Assembly: GCA_900550105.1 (NCBI GenBank)
Contig: URQW01000004.1
Span: 9,575-73,574 of the forward strand
Source: an uncultured Pelosinus sp.
Lineage (GTDB): Bacteria; Bacillota; Negativicutes; UMGS1260
Length of the DNA stretch: 64,000 nt
Direction: 5' to 3'
Shown here: piece after piece, positions 59,969-64,000 of the stretch
Position numbering within the stretch: position 1 is the stretch's first letter
How the letters are laid out: each line of letters begins with the position of its first letter
The notes under the pieces: model-generated
Database searches by the model: none
What the model was told of the DNA's origin: nothing
What the model saw: only the letters and a program-made list of their open reading frames with translations
Translations under genes and position numbers: made by a program

Positions 59969-60781
59969 TTACAATACATCGGCAAAATGCGGCCGCAGCC
60001 GTTTAAAAACAAAAATCCCTAACAAAAACATAGCGCCTGTAAACGTCCAAAAGTACAAAGTTAAGGACATATTTTCCCAAAACCATTTATGATAGACAAA
60101 ACAATCCCGATAGCCTTCCGTAAGATAATACACAGGATTTAAGACTAATAAAGAATGATACCGAGCGGGAATTGTTTTTAATGACCAGAGAATCGGCGTC
60201 ATCCAAAAGAGGAACTGCAACATCATCGTAATAAATTGACTAACATCACGTAAAAAAACAACTATGGCGGAAGTTAGCCAGGAAAAACCCAGCACAAAAA
60301 TCAAGGATGCAAACAAATAATAGACTACTTGAAGCGCATACAGATCGGGCTTATAGCCATAAATAAGAAACATAGAAACTAAAAAAATGAGAAAGAAAAA
60401 ATGCACAAATAAAGCAGATAAAACCTTGATAACAGGAAGTACATGAACAGGAAAAACAACCTTTTTGACGAGATAACTGCTTTCAAGCACGGAATTAGCA
60501 GCAGAAGACATGCTGTCAGAAAGGAAAAACCATGCAAGCATTCCTGGTAAAAACCACAAGATAAAAGGATAATTATCAACTGGCATCGATTTAAACCCGA
60601 CTTCAAAGACAAACCAAAAAATAAGTACGGTAATCGTCGGTTGAATAAATGCCCAAAGAATCCCCAAATAGGACCCTAAATATCTTGTTTGCAAATCTTT
60701 TTTTGTTAATTCCAAGATTAAGGAACGATTTTGGCTAATATCCCAAAGAAAAGCTCCTAGCTGTTTGATAAAGTTCACCAA
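59969..60781 (-). CDS. wzm: polysaccharide ABC exporter permease (ABC-2 type, Wzm/TagG)
   Basis: 270 aa. Six predicted TM helices. N-terminal DLQTRYLGSYLGILWAFIQP ABC-2 signature. Confidence 0.8.
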   Translation of the reverse strand: MVNFIKQLGAFLWDISQNRSLILELTKKDLQTRYLGSYLGILWAFIQPTITVLIFWFVFEVGFKSMPVDNYPFILWFLPGMLAWFFLSDSMSSAANSVLESSYLVKKVVFPVHVLPVIKVLSALFVHFFFLIFLVSMFLIYGYKPDLYALQVVYYLFASLIFVLGFSWLTSAIVVFLRDVSQFITMMLQFLFWMTPILWSLKTIPARYHSLLVLNPVYYLTEGYRDCFVYHKWFWENMSLTLYFWTFTGAMFLLGIFVFKRLRPHFADVL

Positions 60782-60804
60782 CGGCAGCTCCTATCGCTAT
60801 AAAA

Positions 60805-61653
60805 TCAAAAAGTTTCTTGCTCTGCAATATATTCTTGCAAAGCCTCTTCCCAATTACGCATATCGTGACCAAGTACTACACGTAAAAGGTTGTTCTGTAA
60901 CGGCGAATAGGGAGGCCGCGGCGCCGGACGATTCAGTTCTGCCGTCGTCTGCGGCAAGACCTGTATTTGCTGATTGCCGCTGAGTTCAAAGATTTTCTTC
61001 GCAAAATCAAACCATGTGGTAATTCCCTGATTCACGGCATGATAGGTACCATAGGCGTCTGTTGCCACTAGCGCGATAATCGCCTCAGCTAAGTCTACCG
61101 TCGACGTAGGACAGCCAAACTGGTCATTCACTACTTTCAAAACATCTCGTTCTTTGCCTAAACGTAGCATCGTACGGACAAAATTATTGCCATCGCCGTA
61201 CAGCCAAGATGTTCTCACAATGTAAGAACGAGCAACGATTTGCCGGGTAATCTGCTCACCAGCAAATTTACTTCGTCCATAAATCCCCTGCGGGTTTGTC
61301 TGATCATATTCATCATAAGCCCGTCCTAAAGAACCATCAAAAACATAATCCGTACTAACATACAGAAGTTTAGCGCCAGTTTTCAGACAAGCCGCCGCGA
61401 CGTTCTGCGTACCAATAGCATTAATCTGAAAAGCCTCGTTTCGTACTTTCTCTGCTTCATCAACATTTGTATAAGCAGCGGCCTGAATCACCGCATCAGG
61501 CATATACTCCTTAATAACCTGCAAAGTCTGTGCTGCATTGGTAATATCGAGTTCTTGTCTAGACGCTGCAAAAAAGGCAATATCCGTTTTTTTCAGTTGC
61601 CGCACTAATTCTCGCCCAAGCTGCCCCTGGGCACCCGTAATTAACAATTTCAT
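60805..61653 (-). CDS. rfbD: dTDP-4-dehydrorhamnose reductase
   Basis: MKLLITGAQGQLG Rossmann motif. 282 aa. Confidence 0.85.
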   Translation of the reverse strand: MKLLITGAQGQLGRELVRQLKKTDIAFFAASRQELDITNAAQTLQVIKEYMPDAVIQAAAYTNVDEAEKVRNEAFQINAIGTQNVAAACLKTGAKLLYVSTDYVFDGSLGRAYDEYDQTNPQGIYGRSKFAGEQITRQIVARSYIVRTSWLYGDGNNFVRTMLRLGKERDVLKVVNDQFGCPTSTVDLAEAIIALVATDAYGTYHAVNQGITTWFDFAKKIFELSGNQQIQVLPQTTAELNRPAPRPPYSPLQNNLLRVVLGHDMRNWEEALQEYIAEQETF

Positions 61654-61662
61654 AAACTTCTC

Positions 61663-62673
61663 CTACCGATTTTTATACATTCTCTCATAATAGCCCTGAT
61701 ATTCGCCGGATTTAATATTTTTCCACCAAGCTTGATGATTCACATACCACTTAACAGTTTCTTCTATTCCTGTTTCAAAAGTATATTGAGGTTCCCAGCC
61801 TAGTTCACTTCTGAGTTTTGTCGCATCAATGGCGTAGCGCCGATCATGACCCAAGCGATCAGTTACGTGACGAATTAACGTTTCCGGCTTTTTCAGTTGC
61901 TGTAAAATACTTTGTACAATATATAAATTGGTTCTTTCGTTATGACCGCCGATATTATATACTTCCCCTAATTTTCCTTGATGTAGTACCAAATCAATGG
62001 CACGACAATGATCCAATACATGCAACCAATCTCTAACCTGCTGACCATCGCCATATACAGGTATCTCTTTGTCCTCCATGGCATTCGTAATTACAAGCGG
62101 TATGAGTTTTTCAGGAAAGTGATAGGGACCGTAATTATTAGAACAACGCGTAATGTTGACTGGCAGACCATATGTTTCGTGATAAGCCCGTACAAGAAAG
62201 TCAGCCCCAGCTTTGCTTGCCGAATAGGGACTATTCGGCGCCAGCGGCGTTGTCTCACAAAAAAAGCCTGTAGCTCCCAGCGTACCGTATACTTCGTCTG
62301 TGGAAACCTGCAGGTATTTTTTTATGCTGTATTTTTTTGCCGCGTTGAGCAGATTTTGCGTCCCCATAATGTTGGTTCGGACAAAAAGATTTGGATCTTC
62401 TATGCTCCGGTCCACATGGGATTCCGCTGCGAAATTGACAATAGCGTCAACTCCCTGGTTCATAACGGCTTCAATATCCGAAGGAACCGTAATATCAGCT
62501 TTTATGAAATGATAGCGCGAATTTTGGCTTACATCTGCTAAATTTTCCAGATTGCCGGCATAAGTTAAGGCATCAAGATTAAATATTTCATAATCGCTAT
62601 GATTTTCCAACATATAGCGGACGAAGTTACTGCCAATGAAACCAGCTCCGCCTGTAACTAAGATCTTCTGCAT
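61663..62673 (-). CDS. rfbB: dTDP-glucose 4,6-dehydratase
   Basis: ILVTGGAGFIGSN motif, YxxxK. Start set at the internal MQKIL, 9 nt after GAGAGG, which removes the overlap with rfbA. Confidence 0.85.
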   Translation of the reverse strand: MQKILVTGGAGFIGSNFVRYMLENHSDYEIFNLDALTYAGNLENLADVSQNSRYHFIKADITVPSDIEAVMNQGVDAIVNFAAESHVDRSIEDPNLFVRTNIMGTQNLLNAAKKYSIKKYLQVSTDEVYGTLGATGFFCETTPLAPNSPYSASKAGADFLVRAYHETYGLPVNITRCSNNYGPYHFPEKLIPLVITNAMEDKEIPVYGDGQQVRDWLHVLDHCRAIDLVLHQGKLGEVYNIGGHNERTNLYIVQSILQQLKKPETLIRHVTDRLGHDRRYAIDATKLRSELGWEPQYTFETGIEETVKWYVNHQAWWKNIKSGEYQGYYERMYKNR

Positions 62674-62686
62674 CTGACTCATCCTC

Positions 62687-63562
62687 TCAAATCCCTTTTG
62701 CAACTTGCAGCAAGTACTGACCATAATTATTCTTTTTGAGGGGTTCTGCTAGTTGCATTAAGTGCTCAGCATCTATATAGCCCATACGGTAAGCGATCTC
62801 TTCCGGACAAGCTACTTTCAGACCCTGCCGTTGTTCAATCGTCTGCACAAAATTGGATGCCTGCAACAACGAATCATGCGTACCTGTATCGAGCCAAGCG
62901 TAGCCTCGCCCCAGCTTTTCTACTTTAAGCTGCTTATTGGCAAGATATACTTTATTTACATCGGTAATTTCCAGTTCGCCGCGAGCAGAAGGCTTTAAAC
63001 TTTTTGCAATTTCAACGACCTGATTATCATAAAAATAAAGTCCAGTTACCGCATAATTGGACTGAGGACGAAGGGGTTTTTCTTCTAAACTCACAGCTTG
63101 TCCTGCTTCATCAAAAGCAACCACGCCATAACTTTCAGGATTCTTCACCCAATAGGCAAATACGGTCGCTCCGTTTTCCTGGCTTGCCGCATGCTGCACA
63201 TATTTAGCCAAACGATTGCCATAAAAGACATTGTCTCCCAAAATCAAAGAGCAACTATCGGGGCCAATAAAAGTTTCCCCAATTAAAAAGGCCTGTGCTA
63301 AACCATCAGGACTTGGCTGCACAGCATATTGTATGTTAAGGCCCCACTGACTACCATCACTCAAAAGTCTTTGAAAGCCCTGACTATCCTGCGGCGTAGT
63401 GATGATTAAGATATCACGAATCCCAGCAAGCATTAAAGTGCAAAGGGGATAATAGATCATAGGTTTATCGTAAATTGGCATCATCTGCTTACTAATTACA
63501 CAGGTAAGCGGATGCAGCCTCGTTCCGGAACCGCCTGCTAGAATAATTCCTTTCTTAATCAA
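62687..63562 (-). CDS. rfbA: glucose-1-phosphate thymidylyltransferase
   Basis: [17 protein letters not shown] motif. 291 aa. Confidence 0.9.
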   Translation of the reverse strand: MIKKGIILAGGSGTRLHPLTCVISKQMMPIYDKPMIYYPLCTLMLAGIRDILIITTPQDSQGFQRLLSDGSQWGLNIQYAVQPSPDGLAQAFLIGETFIGPDSCSLILGDNVFYGNRLAKYVQHAASQENGATVFAYWVKNPESYGVVAFDEAGQAVSLEEKPLRPQSNYAVTGLYFYDNQVVEIAKSLKPSARGELEITDVNKVYLANKQLKVEKLGRGYAWLDTGTHDSLLQASNFVQTIEQRQGLKVACPEEIAYRMGYIDAEHLMQLAEPLKKNNYGQYLLQVAKGI

Positions 63563-63597
63563 ACAACTCGCCTCATTTCTCTAAGGTCACCGCAGTA

Positions 63598-64000
63598 TTA
63601 ATAAGCGCCTTTGCGCTTTAAAACAACGCCAACTGTTTTAAATAGCGTCACTATATCAAGCCATAAAGACCAGTTTCTCACATACCAGGAATCAAGCTGT
63701 ACTCGCTCTTCATAACTAACATCACTGCGGCCGCTTACTTGCCACATACCAGTAATGCCTGGACGAACCATGTGATAATCCTGAATGTATTCACCATAGC
63801 GAACAACTTCTTCGGCAATAATTGGCCGCGGACCGACAAGACTCATTTCGCCGCGCAATACATTAAACAGCTGAGGAAGTTCATCAAGACTGGTCTTTCG
63901 CAAAAATTTCCCAATCGGTGTCACTCGTGGATCTTCTTTTAGTTTAAAATCAGTTTGCCATTCTTGGCAAGCGGTAGGATTTTCCTGTAAATATTGCGCC
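63598..64000 (-). CDS. C-terminal part (N-terminus outside window) of a polyprenyl-phosphate sugar phosphotransferase (WbaP/CpsE-type initiating enzyme)
   Basis: C-terminal bacterial sugar-transferase domain motifs (SLVGPRP, PGITGMWQVSGR). Confidence 0.75.
   Translation of the reverse strand, partial: AQYLQENPTACQEWQTDFKLKEDPRVTPIGKFLRKTSLDELPQLFNVLRGEMSLVGPRPIIAEEVVRYGEYIQDYHMVRPGITGMWQVSGRSDVSYEERVQLDSWYVRNWSLWLDIVTLFKTVGVVLKRKGAY

Noticed and set aside
1-64000. Transposases, integrases, phage genes, tRNA/rRNA
   Set aside because: None recognised on either strand. The accessory modules appear inserted without obvious mobile-element signatures in this window.

Overview
Chromosomal region that is mostly minus-strand coding. 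Gene order and content suggest a diderm Firmicute (Negativicutes-like) genome: Bacillus-type comFC/yvyF-like neighbourhood, a secretin, a CsgG-family lipoprotein, GT9 enzymes, and an ABC-transporter-dependent glycan locus. Three parts. (a) 1-23.5 kb: housekeeping and accessory genes. These are HD-GYP, ComFC, RecD2, a sigma factor with a pair of small conserved proteins, ABC-F, a DinJ-YafQ toxin-antitoxin module, a family-1 encapsulin with ferritin-like cargo, an orphan secretin operon, pgi/galE/galU, a CsgG-like plus LPP20-like pair, and ppdK with its regulator. (b) 23.9-29.3 kb: two tandem T1SS-type RTX surface proteins that share a near-identical ~1 kb 3' module. (c) 30.4-64 kb: a mosaic cell-surface glycan locus. 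It holds manB/manC, rfbC and rfbBDA, Wzm/Wzt, many glycosyltransferases and methyltransferases, and a phosphoglycosyl transferase. Two modules sit inside it. One is a MARTX-type ABC-MFP-ABC type I secretion operon with a cysteine-free 904-aa RTX-repeat protein that looks like an S-layer protein. The other is a Dlt-like acylation cassette (MBOAT + DltD-like + acyl carrier protein) whose carrier-loading enzyme is an FkbH-like HAD-IIIC protein rather than an adenylase. That cassette is the best candidate here for an undescribed system: ACP-dependent esterification of a glycerate-derived acyl group onto a surface polymer. No rRNA, tRNA, CRISPR array or transposase was recognised.
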